The notes beneath the pieces are model-generated. The model had not been told where the DNA came from. It worked only from the letters and a program-made list of their open reading frames with translations, and searched no databases. The translations under genes and the position numbers were made by a program. A stretch of 64,000 nt of DNA from a virus: the IMG/VR virus record IMGVR_UViG_3300034198_013268, positions 1 to 64,000 of that record, one strand, 5' to 3'. Positions 7,909-21,235 of this stretch are shown in pieces. The first letter of the stretch is position 1; each line of letters opens with the position of its first letter.

Positions 7909-8442
7909 CTATATGGCATCTACAATTAAGTGAACCCTGTCGGTGATGCCTTTGTTTTCAATACTATGGTATCTATTTACATTATCTATAAGCCATATTT
8001 CGCCTGGCTGCATATTCTTTACTTCGTCTTCTATCTTAAATATGCAGTCTTTGTTGGTAACCACTGGTACGTGGATTCTGTGAGTTTTTGCAGTTAATGG
8101 GCCTTTATCTTTATGCCTGGGTATAGCCGCACCGGCTTTTAGTCTTGTCAACATTGCTTGTTGAACTACTACTAATCCCAGTTTCTCTGTCACAGCAATG
8201 GTAATTTCCTCTACGTATTTACCAAAGCGTGCATAGGCCTCATGTATCTGATGCGAATTAAGTCGATGCAAAGCGTCGTACATTAAAGGGATGGTGTCTG
8301 TGTTGTAGGACGCAACTCCACCACTTTTCTTGCGTTCTTTGTATTTTAACCAGTCTTTTGGAGTTATGGACAAGACATCATTAAGAAGGTCATCAAATAA
8401 GGGCATTTTGCCTATAAATAAAAATGCTTCGTTTTCTTTCAT
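7909..8442 (-). CDS. Aspartyl/asparaginyl beta-hydroxylase-like 2OG-Fe(II) oxygenase
   Basis: L.AG..IPRHKD, RIHVPVVTN, GEIW.IDN..YHSIEN.G..DRVHLIVD. Confidence 0.88.
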   Translation of the reverse strand: MKENEAFLFIGKMPLFDDLLNDVLSITPKDWLKYKERKKSGGVASYNTDTIPLMYDALHRLNSHQIHEAYARFGKYVEEITIAVTEKLGLVVVQQAMLTRLKAGAAIPRHKDKGPLTAKTHRIHVPVVTNKDCIFKIEDEVKNMQPGEIWLIDNVNRYHSIENKGITDRVHLIVDAI

Positions 8443-8464
8443 GCACAATCTTCCCATATATAGC

Positions 8465-8504
8465 AAAAACCCCGCCCACACCGTTCAAAGGTGTAGGCGG
8501 GGTT
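8465..8504 (-). terminator. Intrinsic terminator after the major capsid gene
   Basis: Minus strand CCCCGCCTACACC-loop-GGTGTGGGCGGGG-TTTTT. Confidence 0.85.
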
Positions 8505-8518
8505 CCGCTTAGTGCTTA

Positions 8519-9868
8519 TTAGGCTTCTGGAGCGCCGTCGAAGGTTACCTTGACGAATGCTTCCGGACGCTTAACTGCAAGTGCGAGACGCTGTTCAGCG
8601 AGAACGACGATTGCGTTACGTACGAAAAAGTCTGCATGCTGTTCCGAAATGCGGATGCTTGCTTGTTCACGGTCGTAAAGCTGTGCGCCTGTTCCGAATG
8701 CTCCAACAAGGCAAGTACCTTCTGCAATTGCAGGGGTATCGATTGCTGGGATTCTCCAAAGCTTTGGCTCACCGCCCATTGCGATAGAAACCGCAACGAG
8801 GTACTGACCGAAGGAGTCCTTGGTCAATTCGATGTCTTCCCAGTCGTTCGGGTGCATAACGACGCCGGTTGGCTCGTAGTATGACAAGAACGAAAGAGTC
8901 GCAGCACGACGGATTGCGTCAGCCTTGTTGTCTGGAACTGGTGTTGTTGCACCTTCTGACCAGCTGTACTCTTGGATACCAGGAGTCTCAAGGACACCGA
9001 GCAAGTTTTCACCCGAACCATCACCGTTGAGGATTTGAGAATCCTCAAGAAGACGCAAACCGTACATGAGCTCGTTGTCGATGATGCTACGAAGTTGTGG
9101 CTCATCGGCGAGGACGTTACGGTGTGCAGCTTCCCAGTGGGCCAGTGTGCGAACTGGAGCCTGGTGGCCTTCAAAGACCATGCTTGATTGTGGCTTGGCG
9201 GCAAATGAGCTTCCTGAACGCTCAGCTACAGGAGCAGCTGCGTTTGTACCACCACCAACGCTTGTGAAACCAAGCTGACGGAAGTATTCAATAACTGCAG
9301 CAGTCGTTGTACGCGATGGGAACAAGTCACGAACACGCTTTGTACGTGTTGGAGGAGTTACGATTGCGTCACGCTGGATTGTACCGAACTGTGCATCTGC
9401 ACCGCGACCCATTGTGCCACTTGGCAATGCTGAGTATACGTCCTTGTAGTTGGTCAACGAGAAGTTGCCCTGCCAAGGTGAAGGCATGTTTGCGCCGTTC
9501 TGGCCACCCTGAAGGTGCTTAAATTCTGGTGAGTCAAGGAACATCTGACCGATGCTCTTGTAACCGAAGTCACGTGCTGCTGAGTTTAACTGAGCTTCTG
9601 CGCTCTTTGCATTGTACTCAACTGCTACGGATGAGCCACTCTGTGAAGAGCCCCATGCGTCAACTGACTTCATTGATTCAAGACCTTCGATGAGGCTCTT
9701 GATTTCACGGATATCGGCCATATTGCGGTCGAAAGCTGACTTCTGCTCAGTAGAAACAACAACGGTGCCGTCCTCTACCTTGAATGAGTCTGCAATCGCT
9801 TTGTTATCAGCCATTTTGGTTCTGAGTGCGGTTTGAAGTTCGCGCACTCTTGATTCGTCATAAGACAT
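8519..9868 (-). CDS. Major capsid protein, HK97 family
   Basis: N-terminal coiled coil; LLEDSQILNGDGSGENLLG, VMHPNDW, F.RNAIVVLAEQRLALAVKRPEAFV; AAGGAG RBS. Confidence 0.97.
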   Translation of the reverse strand: MSYDESRVRELQTALRTKMADNKAIADSFKVEDGTVVVSTEQKSAFDRNMADIREIKSLIEGLESMKSVDAWGSSQSGSSVAVEYNAKSAEAQLNSAARDFGYKSIGQMFLDSPEFKHLQGGQNGANMPSPWQGNFSLTNYKDVYSALPSGTMGRGADAQFGTIQRDAIVTPPTRTKRVRDLFPSRTTTAAVIEYFRQLGFTSVGGGTNAAAPVAERSGSSFAAKPQSSMVFEGHQAPVRTLAHWEAAHRNVLADEPQLRSIIDNELMYGLRLLEDSQILNGDGSGENLLGVLETPGIQEYSWSEGATTPVPDNKADAIRRAATLSFLSYYEPTGVVMHPNDWEDIELTKDSFGQYLVAVSIAMGGEPKLWRIPAIDTPAIAEGTCLVGAFGTGAQLYDREQASIRISEQHADFFVRNAIVVLAEQRLALAVKRPEAFVKVTFDGAPEA

Positions 9869-10007
9869 TTTTTCTGCTCCTTTAAAGCAACGAAATTTGG
9901 ATTTTTTTCAGATACGTCGTCTTAGGTAAGCACCCAGCACCTGTGTCCTCTACCTAATGTACCAAACCTTTTATCTCTGTAGTGGCAGTACCGTTGTAAT
10001 ACAAGGA

Positions 10008-10190
10008 TTAAATTGGTATATGTAAAGATTTACCAGATTTAATTATCTGCGCAATTTCTGACGCAAGACGCCAGTAAAGGTCTAAGTTTTCTGGTGATTC
10101 ATTTACGCCAACATCAGATAGGTCTAAATTTCTGTAAGCGGCTATGAATATCTTCTCAGTGTCACTAGCGGCATTGTTAATTTCAAACAT
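10008..10190 (-). CDS. 60-aa hypothetical protein directly after the giant ORF
   Basis: ATG 2 nt after the giant gene stop; AAGGAAA RBS. Confidence 0.6.
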   Translation of the reverse strand: MFEINNAASDTEKIFIAAYRNLDLSDVGVNESPENLDLYWRLASEIAQIIKSGKSLHIPI

Positions 10191-10192
10191 TG

Positions 10193-13100
10193 TTATTTCC
10201 CTTTGTTTTCAGGCATATTACGTACAAAATTGTTAATAAAAGCTGCGCCTTCTGCGGAGTATCTCTGTTGGCGTAGGTCTATGTTGTAGCGCTTTATTGC
10301 TTCCGCAACGAGCTTGCTGGCGATACCCTGACGTTTTGAATCTGGTGAAATAAAGACGTTCATGTTTCCTTTTTTCTCAAGAGGAAGGTCTTGAGGGTAG
10401 TGATAAACAATTCCTTTTAATATTCCTGAATCATCTCTCCAGAGAAGGCAATCAACCCATTGATTTGGTTTTAAACCATTCCCAGTTCCTTTAAAATAGG
10501 AAAGACCAGGAGGGCCTATTTTTTCAAATTGCTCAGCCTGGCTTTTGAATGGCCACGGCATGCCATTAAGGCTTTCTTCGACATCTTTCCAGGGCTTGCC
10601 TTTGAACGTCGGCATCTTGGCCTTTTCTTCCGAAGACCTGTACTTCTTAAAAGACCCTCCCATAGAAGGGTTGGGAGCAGCCATGTTGCCGGAAATGTTG
10701 CCCGTGTTGCTAGCAGAAGACGCAGGTTCAATAACACGTCTGTAGCGAATCTGTGTAGAACGAAGTGCTCTGTTTTCTTTGTCCCATGCCAACAGTTCCT
10801 CGGGGGTAACGCCTTCACCAAACTTGTCTTTGCGCGACTTCTTAATTAGTGCCCTTATTCCGCTCCGTATCTTTTTGTCAGAATCATTTAAATTTCCGTC
10901 AAAAATATCGCTCACAGATTCAGATAGTTTGTTTAAGAATTTGTTTTTTTCATTTTCATCGTACCAGTAGTAACCGTTGCGCGGCCAGTGCGATGCGCCA
11001 ATTCTTCCTTCGTCGCCCATACTATTTCCGTACAGGGATATTTCTGATATTCCTAACTCTCTGTATATTTCTTCGTTGCGTGCGTTTAGTGCAGTTGCTA
11101 TTCCCAGTCTTTGTGCTCCCGTTCCAAATCCTTTAACCTCCATCCATTTGTGTTCTGCTTCTGCCGTATCTTTGTCAAAGTACATAACCCTGATAAAGGA
11201 CCCAACACTATTTTCGTCGTTAACTCCGCTAGAAGATTTTCCTAAATATTTAGGCAGAATCTGTCCAGATATTTCTATGCGTTTTTTGTTTGGGGGAATA
11301 GGGTAGGCTGCGTCATCCCACCCTCCATCTCCAGTATCGGTTACTGTCACGGTTAGGGGAACTATATCGAACTTGTTCCCTCTGTTGATTTTTTCCCGGT
11401 CTATATAGTCTTTCTGTCCAACTATTACGCCAGCAAAAGCCTCTCTCATGGCAGCTTCTATATCTTTATTACTTCCGCCGTCCGCAATGAGTTTTTTTGC
11501 TTTTCTAGCTGCAGACCTCTCGTTTTTTGAGACAGTTTGATTCTCTGCAGATTTTTGTACACCGGAACTTGACATTTTTCCAGTAATGTCGTTTTGCGAT
11601 GCCCAAATCAAAAGGTCCAATGGAAGGTCTTTATCATTGAACTTGTCCATTGCTCCCGGCTGTTTACCTATAACGTCTCTAACTAGTTGCTTATCGGGGT
11701 CTGACAAAGCGTCAAAGGTGTTTTTTAAATCGTCGTCTTCTACGAATTTCTCTGGTTTTCTAACGGTGGGTTCAGCCGGTCTTGCTACGGGTGGTACGTA
11801 GTCTTTGATTGATGGGTCTATTCTGCGTTTGACCACTGCATCAAAGACTGTTCTGCGTGGAAGCTTCATATCTTCAGCTATCTTTTCAATACTTTTTCCA
11901 GCTTCAAAACTTGTCAAAATCTGACCATCTCGGCTTCCTTTTGAAACCGGTTTTGGGTCTACTTTGATAGTGGGTCGTCCAGCCATTTTAACCGTTTGAT
12001 TAGTGTCGTCAAAGTCGGCATGAACGTACGCAAGCGGGTCGAGTATTTTTAGGGTTCCGCCCTTTTTCTTCTCTGCAAGCAGTTTTCTAGTTGTTATGTC
12101 TTCAGAGTCCCAAAGGTAAAACTCATCTGCAAATTCAGCCACCTTAGGCATAATCCTGTAGTTGGTATTCATGACTGCCGGAATAAAGCTTGACGGAAGT
12201 CTTCTTGGGTCTGTTTGTTGACGTGCTTCTACGTTTGAGGTTAAAGCAGATTCTGGAGCAACGTTGTAGTGGGCAACAATGTCATAGCCTTTGGCTCTTG
12301 CTGCCGTTAGTGTTCCAAAGCCTGCGTTGTATTGCCCTGTTGAGTCGTACACAATGTCGAGGCCTTCTTCCAACGCCTTCACAATGGTCATATCAGCTAC
12401 CGTTTTAGATTCTTCATGAACGGCACTAGCCCAGTGAGGGTTACCGGCTGCGTGAAGCTGTCTAGCTTCAGGGAATAATGTTTTTATTTCATCAGCATCA
12501 ACATGGACTGCCGCATCAGCCTTAGGAATCCCATGTACCCCAAGGCGTCTGTCTGTTGATTTTCCTGAACCAGCTGAACCACCAACGGAAATAAATTGCT
12601 TAGGCCCAGTTTTTTTGCGTTTTGTGACCGTGGCAATTATCGCATTAACCATTGGCGTATAGGTGTTGTCAAAGCGCTCTTTCCAGATTTTTCGTGTCCC
12701 ACCAAAAGTGGCCGTCACGTCTACGGATTCTTCTCCCTGAAGAGGAGCGTAAAACCAAGACGTGTCTAAGGCTCTGGGGTCATTTATTTCTTTATCAGTC
12801 AAGTAGCTGGGTGTGTCTAGTTTTCCAACACGTTTTTGCATTGTGTCATCTATCGGCTGCAGGGGTCCTGCTGACATCTTTCCAGAAATACTAGAACTAA
12901 TCAGTTTTTTTTTAGAAGCTTTAGGGCCTCGTCCTCTCGGACTGTTATTAAAACCGCCATCTAGGTAGTCGTCGTCTATTGCTTGCCGTATTGCAGCTTC
13001 GTCTTCTGGAGATATTGGAGTATCACCGAATCCACTTGCTGGTCCTGGAAAACCACCAGGGCCAGGACGTTTTGGTCTTACACCAAATCCACCAGTGTTT

Positions 13101-16100
13101 TCACCTGGACCATTCGGTTCATCTGGTTTATCTGGACGTTTTGGCGGAGCACTTCCGGGTGGTCGCTTAGGTTGCGTACCGTACCTAACCCAATCGTCGT
13201 ACTCGTCAAATTCTTCAGAACTCCATGTTCTATTTCGTGGAAATTGTGTGTCTACGGTAAAAGGGGTGTCTGGCCAATCATCGGTCGCAAGTCTTCGATT
13301 TCGAGTGCTTGAAACGGTTGTGTCGGTAGGGTCGTATTGAGGGCTTGCGTCGCTGTCCGATGTAGAGGCAGGACGTCTTGCGGCGTTTGGTTGTGTTCCT
13401 CTATATCTATCGTATTGGTTTCTGGTAGAGGAATTGCTTAAAACCTCGTAAGCTTCGGATAGTTTTTTAAACTCTTCTTCAGCTTTTGGGTTGTCAGGGT
13501 TTACGTCCGGATGTGTCTCTGCGGCTTTTTTTCTGTAAGCTTTTTTAATAACATCATCAGAAGAATCTGGAGCTACGCCTAGGTCGGCATAATAATCTTT
13601 ATCCTTCCACTGTCGCGGCCCAGATGTTGCCATTTTACCCGTGATGCTGCCGTTGTTGTTCCATTGTGGAATATTGGGGTAGATGACATTGTTTTCATAC
13701 GTTACACCGCCAGTTGGAGACTCCCTGCCAGCTACTTCATCTATCGCATCAAGGAAAGCTTTATCTTCCTCTTCGGTTATACCCATATAAAAACCATGGC
13801 TCTTGTAGCGCGCTCTACCTGCTGGGTGGTCAAGACTGTAAGAATGGAAATGCTTACTTATTGGTTCGTGACGCTTCCACTCTTCATTATTTTTATCCCA
13901 GCCACGCCATGGCCACCGATGACGGTCATAGAATTGAGCCAAGCTCATTAAGCGAGTTAACTGCATTGGTCGTACACCGAGTTCGTCTGCTATTTCACCA
14001 GTAACTTTGGCTTCGTTTATCTGAAAACCTACCGGCGCTTCCCTTCTTGCTTTTGCTATGCGCCTATGTGCATACCAGCCTGCATGAAGAGCAAATTCTT
14101 CAACATCAGCATCATTTATATCTAAAGTTCCTTTTTTGTTTATTTTTTTTGACAACTTTATAGCCCTAGAAGACAACTCATCTAACGGCATGTTTATGTA
14201 TGCACGTTTTTTATCGTTCCAGTCGTGAGCTTCTTCTCCAGTATTTACCGGAGGTATTCCCATTTTCCCGGAAATAGATTTTGCTGTAACCCGTCCAAGG
14301 TCACGCGCAATTACCGGATTCATCCACTGTTCAGGCATTGCGTTGAGAATATTATTTTCTTTAGATTTTGACCCGACCGTAGCATTTGAAGCAACAGCCA
14401 TTTTTTGTATTGCATGTGACTGTATGTCTTGCGCGGTACGAATTGGCATGTTGTTTCTTTTAGCAAAACGTATTGTTGATTCGCCATCACTGAGGCGTCT
14501 CATCATAGACAATTCTGATGGCGTCAAAACAGCGTCTCCATAATTTGCTAATGCACGCTTGAAAGCCTGACGACGCTCTTTGTCAAAAGAGCTAATAAAT
14601 GCCCTGTGGTTTCGAACATGTGCATTTACCATCGATTCTGGTATGTTTAAGCGCTTTGATGCACGAGATGCTCCGCCGGCCTGATGTGCAGCCATCATGT
14701 ACGTGTTTTCTTTGGCAAACATTGAGTCTATATTGTCAAGATTAAAATTTGCACCGCTACGTTTTGTCAATCGTTCATCAGCGTTTCTTACTTTTGAAAA
14801 CAGTTTGTCTTCAAAAGAAGAATAATCTTGCTCAGACATTCCCATCATGCTGCGCATTTCATCAAACGAAGCGCCGTCAAGTCTACGCAATAGTACTTGC
14901 CTATCACCAGCAGATATGCCAGGAATATTGTGTCTGCTTAAGGCATCGCGATATATTGAGTTAATAGCAGGTTCTGAGGATTCAACAACTTTTGAGTATC
15001 TTTCTTGAGCTTTTTGAAGCTCTTCAGAAGTCATATTAAAAGTTTTTTTAGCTTTAGACATAGGAACTCTGTCATGGGTGAGAGCCATAAAAACTGACCT
15101 ATCACTATCTTCAAGTTTTTGACTAGCTTTGTTAGCCTTGTATCCCATTGATTCCAATAATGTTTTTACGTTATCTGCTGGAACATCGAACTGTTTAGCA
15201 ATGTCTTCGTAAGATTCGCCGTTTGTATGCATGAATGCAGTTTTGCGCATGGCGTCGCCGGCTGTCATAAACCCACCAACGCCTTGCCAATTTTGGCCTG
15301 GTTTACCTTGCCATTCTGCATCTATGGTGGCTTTGCTTCTTCTGTTCATTTCGCTTACACCGGCTTCAGTGAATGGCTTATTAAATAGCGAAGTTCTAGC
15401 TTTTTCAGCACGTCTTGATTGGAACATATTGGGGTCGTCAATTTCAGTAGGTCTATCAACCGGAGGAAGAGACTCAAGGTCAAAAAACTTAATATCTTTT
15501 CTACCTGATTCTTTAGCTTTTTCACGACGAAGAACATTCGCTCTTTTCATTACCTCGCGGTTTCTAAATTTTTGCATCTTTTCTGCGTGAACTAGCCCGT
15601 TCCGAATAAACATAGAATCGTTTTCATAGTCGAGCTCGTCATCTACGGCATCGCGTATCCACGCAACGTGACCAAAACCAGTGGTTATATTTCCATTTGC
15701 AATGTCTCGCACTGGAATCCATCTTGCACCGACCGCATCATCGGCTGCCTTAAATTCGGCATCAGGACTTACAACAAATTTTGTTGCGTTAACCTCTACG
15801 CCACCACTGAATCTTACGTCCCAGTCTTTTGACTTTATTGTCCCAAGTTCTCTAGTGGAAACGTCAGTCAGATTAGTAGTATCTATTCCTACTTCTTCTA
15901 GCAGTTCTCTGCGCGCTGCATCGGAGCCCGTTTCTCCTTTGTCTACAAATCCTCCAGGGAGAACCCACATATCGGTGGTGCTAGCTCTATGTGGACCAAA
16001 CCCGCGTTGAACCATCATCACTTCGAGTTCGTTTGTTTCTGGGTTGCGGCGCAGCACTACTGAGTCTGCGGCTCTTTGCATTTGACCTTGGTCTTTGCCT

Positions 16101-19100
16101 ATTACCCAATCGTCAGCGGCGTCAGAAGCATCGTAACCAATATGGGCATCGCTCTGATAGGGAATCAGGGCACGACGGCTCCAGCCCATGTTATTTCTTG
16201 ATTCCGCAACAAGTTCATGTGTCTCCCACGGTAACGGCCATCCTGCTTTTTGAACCCCAAGCATTTCAGCCGTTGCTGTTCTCATGTCCCTATGAGGGCC
16301 ACTTAGTGTATTTCCGGTATTGCGGTCAACAACATAAAGACCCTCAGCCTGCCCGGTAATTGAGTCAAATGTGTTTCTGACCTCGACGTCCAGTGCGACT
16401 GGTTTTTCTCCTGTGCGCGGCTTATATTTTCCAGTGCGCCATGCTCGAGCATTGTCTTTTCTGTTTCTAAGATAATCTGTTTTACGCTTACCCATTAATC
16501 CAGTGATGCCAAATGGGTCAATTTGAATATCTTCTACTGGAGCACGGTTAAGATAATTGACTATATTGCTGTCCGCAGACTCGGATAAGCCTCTTATTTT
16601 TCTTTTTGATGAGCGTACTGCTGTCGGAACATCTTCTATGCCGCCAGGTATTTTGTCAAGCTCACGAAACATATGACGCATTTCAGGGCTTGCATACCTA
16701 AAGGCAACTGTATCTTGATAGCGTTTTTGACGCCGACCACGCGATGAAGAAATTGCTTCTTTCAGATTCTTGTTGAGACCAGCAAAGTTACTACGCATGC
16801 GTTTGTAGATTGAAAAGTTATCACCATCAAAATCTCGTAAAATATTTGGGTCACGAGGAACGGACAAACCTAGAGCAGCATTTTTTCCAGCTTGACGCGC
16901 TCTATTTTCTGACATATTGGGGACGGAACTATCGTTACCGCGCATAAACCCGCTAACTCCAAGATTGCGAGCAGTAGAAAGAGCGGAGTCTATTTCTGAT
17001 TCTATTGCTCTAAGGTCTGATATTTTTTGGTCTGCTGCTTTTGTAATGCGCGCAGTTACTCTTGATGCCCCATCTCCACCTGTTCTGCGAGTCAAAAGCT
17101 GGTCGTGCTGCATGAACCAATACAGTGGTCCTCTTATGGATTCTCCAGTATCTGGGTCGTCATATCCAATAAACTGTCTATCAAACCTACGTTGACGATT
17201 AAGGTATCTAGCAAAGCTCTCTTTGTCCGGACGCCATCCCCGCGTCCAAATATCGTTACCATTTTCATCTTGCCGTCCAGTTTTGCGTGCTACTAAACTT
17301 GGTGGTCTTTGAATGAGCATGTTTTTTATGGCATTGCGTATGTTTTTTTGTTCTCTACGTATAGAGTCATACTCAAGGCCAGATTTAGCTTTAACTTCTT
17401 CTAGACGGGTTATCTCTTCACGAATTTGTCTTTTTACAGTACTGCTATCTGTTCTTTTACGACCAAATTCGTTTCTGATTTTATCAAGTCTTTTTTTCTG
17501 ATAATCGCCAAATCTCTGACTAACTCCAGCATCTGCAGTTTGACGTATCCGCGCAAAATCTTGGTTAGAAATGCCGTTGTCAACTGCGTGCATCTTTAAA
17601 GCATCGGCAACAATTTTTTCATCAAGAATGTTTTCATCTTGTGCTATTTCTGAAAAACTAAGTCCTTGTGATTCAAACAAACTCCAGAAACGAGCTCTTT
17701 CTTTTTTAGCTTTTGCACCCTTGTCAAGCAGTTGAGTTTTTTGTTCTGCTATTTTTTCTTCTACGGCTTTTCTTAGCTCTGCTCCGCTACGTCGCGCGCT
17801 TACGTCTACATCAAAATTTTCACCGTTTACAATACCCATTGTTGCTGCGCTATAAACGCCAGATGGAAGGGCGTTTATATCAATTGAACCATCAGAGCGA
17901 CGTGGCAGTGGTCCGCTCATTTCCTCCATTACAGCAATGAAATCATCCCATGCAAACGTTTCATCAGGACGAACAAGTTCTCCAAGCGGAAGACCATCAA
18001 TTCCCATGCCGCGAGATAATTCAGAAGTTCCTTCTCCATCAATAAGTTCGGGTTCTACGTTTTGATAACGCTGCATAATGTGACTATTTGTCATATCCCA
18101 CCACTCAGGTGAATTTAAATAGCGTTCAAATACGTCTCTTGGAAGCATTTGAGAATCTGCCTGCGGGTCGTACGGGAGCCCAGTATCAGGATTGATATTC
18201 ATTGGGTTGTTTCCCCATGTTGATGGGTCTTCTGGGTCTACGGCAGAAGGGTCATCGCTTCCGGCCCATACCCAGTCCTGGTCGAGATAACCAAAAGCAT
18301 CCTCAAATGGTTCTTCAGCATCCGGCATACCATCTTCTGGTTCCCCAAATTCATCTTCTTCTTGTGGTCGCTCCATCCATCCGGCTTGATACGCAACTTC
18401 AAGAAGAGCTTCTTGTTTGTAGTACCAGTCCTCAATGCGTTGTTGCAGCTCCATTTGTTCTTGTTGAAGCTTTTCACCCTCAGCTTGTATTTCAAGCATT
18501 GCTTCTTCCCAGTCTTTTTCCTGCCATGGCTTTCCGGTAGCTGGGTTGATTGGTGCTGGGTCGTTTACGTCTAGGGTGCCGTTAGCCATTGAATCGAGAT
18601 ATGCAAGGAATTCGTCCACTGACATATCGTCCGTGCTTTGTCTTTGACGAATAGCAGGAAGACTTGCACCTTGTGCGGGGTCGGGGACTAAACCATCAGG
18701 TCTATTGAGCATGTCCTGAACGGCCTGGTCAAAATTGGGGTCATTAGAATCAATGCCTATTTCGTTAATTCTTCGTTCGGCCAACTTGCGCTTAAAGGCC
18801 ATATCCATATATGTATCATCAACAGACTCAAGAATCTCATCAGCCAAAGAACGCCTATCGTTCATGTCTGCACTGGCTGCGGCTACTGTATCTATGACAC
18901 TTTGAGGGTTTGTCGTGGTTGGGTCAACTAGCTCTGGCAGAATAAATGTATCCCAAAAATCTGCTACGTCTTCATCTGACATGCCGTTTATATCAAGGCG
19001 TGCAAGATATCCATCAGGAGAATATTTTTTATATTCATCAAGGAAAGCACCAACAAGGGGGCGTTTAATTTGTGCTGCTTGAGCTAGTTCGTCAGGAGCA

Positions 19101-21235
19101 AGTGGTGATGTGTTTCTGCTCCACATTGGCATTGGTAATCCAGCATTTTTTCTGCCATTTAACGTAAACTCAAATAGTCCGTCAACTTCAGCATCATCCA
19201 TTGCTCTGATTGCTCTGAAACCATCTCGCGCATCGGCAAAATCGGTTAGTGCAAATAGTTCTGGCCCATATGTTGCTAGTTGTGGGTCTGTTGCCCATTC
19301 TTCCAGCAGATTTCTTTTCCACTTGCGAAGTTTCCACTGCTGCTTTTCTTTAGCAGACATTGGATTATTATTACCAGAAGGTGGCGTCCCAGCCATTCTT
19401 CCTGTAATCCCAGCTCCGTATACCTCGCCTGGAGTGCGCGATGTACGCTCTACTCTTGCTGCTCGACGAGTTGCGGCTCTTTCGTTAAATGAAGATTGAG
19501 AACCAGCAGATTCAATAGTGGAGCGCATTGCAGGACGTAGTTTTTGAAAGTCACGTGGTGTATTTGTGTTGTTTGCAATTGTACGCACCTTAAGGTTGGC
19601 GTCTCGTGAAGACGGCTTAAATCCAAGAACTAGGTCTGAATTGCCGTCTGGTGAAACACCTTCAGGGAACGCTCTAAACAGTTCCCTTTCGGCCCTATCG
19701 TCAGCGGGATTGCGACGGATGTCCTTGTCATTCAGTGCCCACTGAGCAAGGTCGTCCCATGATTTTATCTTTCCATCACGTATTGCATCGATAGCATCTT
19801 CACGAATAAACTTTAAGTCGTTTTTAATTCGTGAGTATGTTTCTGGACTTGAATTTTTAAAAGAATCTTCATTGCGCTTGCGCCGTAAGTTTTCCTTTTT
19901 AACAAAATCGGTAACTTCGTCTCTATAAACATTATATTTTTTGGCAAGAGCATCTACCGAACTCTCTCCATCTTGAAATTCGTTAAATAGTTTTTTCCAC
20001 GTATCGCCATCAAGTATTGAATGTGGTTCATTCTCTGGTTTTTGAACCGGTATTCTTGTTGCTTCAGGTTTTGGCTTAGGTACTTTTGTTTTGGAAAGGT
20101 CCTCACGAACGTTGCGAATTGCACGTTCTGCGCGAACTACCGACGGAGCTATTTCCGGAGTCTGTCCGCTTATTTTGCGTATTTTTGGTTCTTTTTCGCC
20201 AGGTTTTTTTGCAAATTGTGGAAGCCCCATGGCGCGACGACGAAGTTTGCCTGCAACTGTAAAATCAGAACCCGGAGTTGGGTCCGGCATTTCTCTCCAG
20301 GTGCCATCAAAAAGAACTCCGTCGCCGTCAGCATCAGGACGGGTCATTGGATTTGGGTCGCCAGGAATTGGCTTAAATGACCTCAGCGTTCGACGTCCAA
20401 GTCTACCGGTGCTTGGTTTTGTTCCAGCATTAGGTACTTTTTCTCGAGCAATAGCTCTTCCTAGTTTAGAACCTAAAGCTTTAACGTCTAGTTCTTCATA
20501 GAATTCAAGGTGCTTTACACCCCTGGTTGCTCTTTTGCTTGAGGTGTCTATGCTTCCGGTTCCCCAAGAGCCGCTTGATAATTCATTGACCGTTTTTGAA
20601 CCGGAAGAAATATCCCAAGCTTTTGCCGGCGAGTAATGGCGAGATTTTTTACCTCGTGAGGTGTCTCTATTTATTCTGTTGTTTAATTTAGAAATAGAAA
20701 CGCTTGAAAGCTTGCTGTGTTTGGAATTGGATTTTGAAACATATCCACCACCAATTTTTTTATATGCCATAGCAAGGAGTTGTGCTTTTCTTGCTGTCCA
20801 TTCGCCTGGCTTGCCCCCATTTGAGCTGGCCATAATGCGTGCTTTTAGGTTGTCTCTAGCCTCTGGCTTTGTGTAGTTGGAAGCTTTGTTTCTCTGCGGT
20901 GTGGCAGTTTCTTGTTTAGCAGTCTTCTTTTTGTTACGACCGTTAATGGCCCTAAGGTCGCTCTCCAACTGTTGACGCCTGAATCTTCTACCAGAAACAC
21001 CTTGACCGGTGTATTTTCTAAAATCAGACTCATTGGTACAGGGCATCCAAGATTCTTTTCCATCCCTATTGTTGTATCTGCGAATGCCAATACAACCAAT
21101 TTGGCGAGAACGTATTCTGGCTGAATCTGGGTCACTAAAGACGTCTGGGTCACTAGAACGAACTATTCTAGGGCCGCCAAGGATATCCTTTTTTTCGTCT
21201 TCTAGAGTATTTTGTGAGTCGTCCATTATTTCCAT
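10193..21235 (-). CDS. 3680-aa polyvalent protein: DUF5872-like, Nudix, HTH array, J-domain, zeta-toxin-like kinase, two GNAT-like domains
   Basis: Nudix box [23 protein letters not shown]; DYYADLGV...HPDVNP...AYEVLS; [10 protein letters not shown]...DADEIK...VYDSTG; QRLGIAT and KRQGIAS; nine [IV][STG]GxM linkers. Confidence 0.9.
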   Translation of the reverse strand: MEIMDDSQNTLEDEKKDILGGPRIVRSSDPDVFSDPDSARIRSRQIGCIGIRRYNNRDGKESWMPCTNESDFRKYTGQGVSGRRFRRQQLESDLRAINGRNKKKTAKQETATPQRNKASNYTKPEARDNLKARIMASSNGGKPGEWTARKAQLLAMAYKKIGGGYVSKSNSKHSKLSSVSISKLNNRINRDTSRGKKSRHYSPAKAWDISSGSKTVNELSSGSWGTGSIDTSSKRATRGVKHLEFYEELDVKALGSKLGRAIAREKVPNAGTKPSTGRLGRRTLRSFKPIPGDPNPMTRPDADGDGVLFDGTWREMPDPTPGSDFTVAGKLRRRAMGLPQFAKKPGEKEPKIRKISGQTPEIAPSVVRAERAIRNVREDLSKTKVPKPKPEATRIPVQKPENEPHSILDGDTWKKLFNEFQDGESSVDALAKKYNVYRDEVTDFVKKENLRRKRNEDSFKNSSPETYSRIKNDLKFIREDAIDAIRDGKIKSWDDLAQWALNDKDIRRNPADDRAERELFRAFPEGVSPDGNSDLVLGFKPSSRDANLKVRTIANNTNTPRDFQKLRPAMRSTIESAGSQSSFNERAATRRAARVERTSRTPGEVYGAGITGRMAGTPPSGNNNPMSAKEKQQWKLRKWKRNLLEEWATDPQLATYGPELFALTDFADARDGFRAIRAMDDAEVDGLFEFTLNGRKNAGLPMPMWSRNTSPLAPDELAQAAQIKRPLVGAFLDEYKKYSPDGYLARLDINGMSDEDVADFWDTFILPELVDPTTTNPQSVIDTVAAASADMNDRRSLADEILESVDDTYMDMAFKRKLAERRINEIGIDSNDPNFDQAVQDMLNRPDGLVPDPAQGASLPAIRQRQSTDDMSVDEFLAYLDSMANGTLDVNDPAPINPATGKPWQEKDWEEAMLEIQAEGEKLQQEQMELQQRIEDWYYKQEALLEVAYQAGWMERPQEEDEFGEPEDGMPDAEEPFEDAFGYLDQDWVWAGSDDPSAVDPEDPSTWGNNPMNINPDTGLPYDPQADSQMLPRDVFERYLNSPEWWDMTNSHIMQRYQNVEPELIDGEGTSELSRGMGIDGLPLGELVRPDETFAWDDFIAVMEEMSGPLPRRSDGSIDINALPSGVYSAATMGIVNGENFDVDVSARRSGAELRKAVEEKIAEQKTQLLDKGAKAKKERARFWSLFESQGLSFSEIAQDENILDEKIVADALKMHAVDNGISNQDFARIRQTADAGVSQRFGDYQKKRLDKIRNEFGRKRTDSSTVKRQIREEITRLEEVKAKSGLEYDSIRREQKNIRNAIKNMLIQRPPSLVARKTGRQDENGNDIWTRGWRPDKESFARYLNRQRRFDRQFIGYDDPDTGESIRGPLYWFMQHDQLLTRRTGGDGASRVTARITKAADQKISDLRAIESEIDSALSTARNLGVSGFMRGNDSSVPNMSENRARQAGKNAALGLSVPRDPNILRDFDGDNFSIYKRMRSNFAGLNKNLKEAISSSRGRRQKRYQDTVAFRYASPEMRHMFRELDKIPGGIEDVPTAVRSSKRKIRGLSESADSNIVNYLNRAPVEDIQIDPFGITGLMGKRKTDYLRNRKDNARAWRTGKYKPRTGEKPVALDVEVRNTFDSITGQAEGLYVVDRNTGNTLSGPHRDMRTATAEMLGVQKAGWPLPWETHELVAESRNNMGWSRRALIPYQSDAHIGYDASDAADDWVIGKDQGQMQRAADSVVLRRNPETNELEVMMVQRGFGPHRASTTDMWVLPGGFVDKGETGSDAARRELLEEVGIDTTNLTDVSTRELGTIKSKDWDVRFSGGVEVNATKFVVSPDAEFKAADDAVGARWIPVRDIANGNITTGFGHVAWIRDAVDDELDYENDSMFIRNGLVHAEKMQKFRNREVMKRANVLRREKAKESGRKDIKFFDLESLPPVDRPTEIDDPNMFQSRRAEKARTSLFNKPFTEAGVSEMNRRSKATIDAEWQGKPGQNWQGVGGFMTAGDAMRKTAFMHTNGESYEDIAKQFDVPADNVKTLLESMGYKANKASQKLEDSDRSVFMALTHDRVPMSKAKKTFNMTSEELQKAQERYSKVVESSEPAINSIYRDALSRHNIPGISAGDRQVLLRRLDGASFDEMRSMMGMSEQDYSSFEDKLFSKVRNADERLTKRSGANFNLDNIDSMFAKENTYMMAAHQAGGASRASKRLNIPESMVNAHVRNHRAFISSFDKERRQAFKRALANYGDAVLTPSELSMMRRLSDGESTIRFAKRNNMPIRTAQDIQSHAIQKMAVASNATVGSKSKENNILNAMPEQWMNPVIARDLGRVTAKSISGKMGIPPVNTGEEAHDWNDKKRAYINMPLDELSSRAIKLSKKINKKGTLDINDADVEEFALHAGWYAHRRIAKARREAPVGFQINEAKVTGEIADELGVRPMQLTRLMSLAQFYDRHRWPWRGWDKNNEEWKRHEPISKHFHSYSLDHPAGRARYKSHGFYMGITEEEDKAFLDAIDEVAGRESPTGGVTYENNVIYPNIPQWNNNGSITGKMATSGPRQWKDKDYYADLGVAPDSSDDVIKKAYRKKAAETHPDVNPDNPKAEEEFKKLSEAYEVLSNSSTRNQYDRYRGTQPNAARRPASTSDSDASPQYDPTDTTVSSTRNRRLATDDWPDTPFTVDTQFPRNRTWSSEEFDEYDDWVRYGTQPKRPPGSAPPKRPDKPDEPNGPGENTGGFGVRPKRPGPGGFPGPASGFGDTPISPEDEAAIRQAIDDDYLDGGFNNSPRGRGPKASKKKLISSSISGKMSAGPLQPIDDTMQKRVGKLDTPSYLTDKEINDPRALDTSWFYAPLQGEESVDVTATFGGTRKIWKERFDNTYTPMVNAIIATVTKRKKTGPKQFISVGGSAGSGKSTDRRLGVHGIPKADAAVHVDADEIKTLFPEARQLHAAGNPHWASAVHEESKTVADMTIVKALEEGLDIVYDSTGQYNAGFGTLTAARAKGYDIVAHYNVAPESALTSNVEARQQTDPRRLPSSFIPAVMNTNYRIMPKVAEFADEFYLWDSEDITTRKLLAEKKKGGTLKILDPLAYVHADFDDTNQTVKMAGRPTIKVDPKPVSKGSRDGQILTSFEAGKSIEKIAEDMKLPRRTVFDAVVKRRIDPSIKDYVPPVARPAEPTVRKPEKFVEDDDLKNTFDALSDPDKQLVRDVIGKQPGAMDKFNDKDLPLDLLIWASQNDITGKMSSSGVQKSAENQTVSKNERSAARKAKKLIADGGSNKDIEAAMREAFAGVIVGQKDYIDREKINRGNKFDIVPLTVTVTDTGDGGWDDAAYPIPPNKKRIEISGQILPKYLGKSSSGVNDENSVGSFIRVMYFDKDTAEAEHKWMEVKGFGTGAQRLGIATALNARNEEIYRELGISEISLYGNSMGDEGRIGASHWPRNGYYWYDENEKNKFLNKLSESVSDIFDGNLNDSDKKIRSGIRALIKKSRKDKFGEGVTPEELLAWDKENRALRSTQIRYRRVIEPASSASNTGNISGNMAAPNPSMGGSFKKYRSSEEKAKMPTFKGKPWKDVEESLNGMPWPFKSQAEQFEKIGPPGLSYFKGTGNGLKPNQWVDCLLWRDDSGILKGIVYHYPQDLPLEKKGNMNVFISPDSKRQGIASKLVAEAIKRYNIDLRQQRYSAEGAAFINNFVRNMPENKGK

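Noticed and set aside
9869-9960. Possible structured leader upstream of the capsid gene (GTGCTGGGTGCTTACCTAAG)
   Set aside because: No convincing stem or known riboswitch consensus without an alignment
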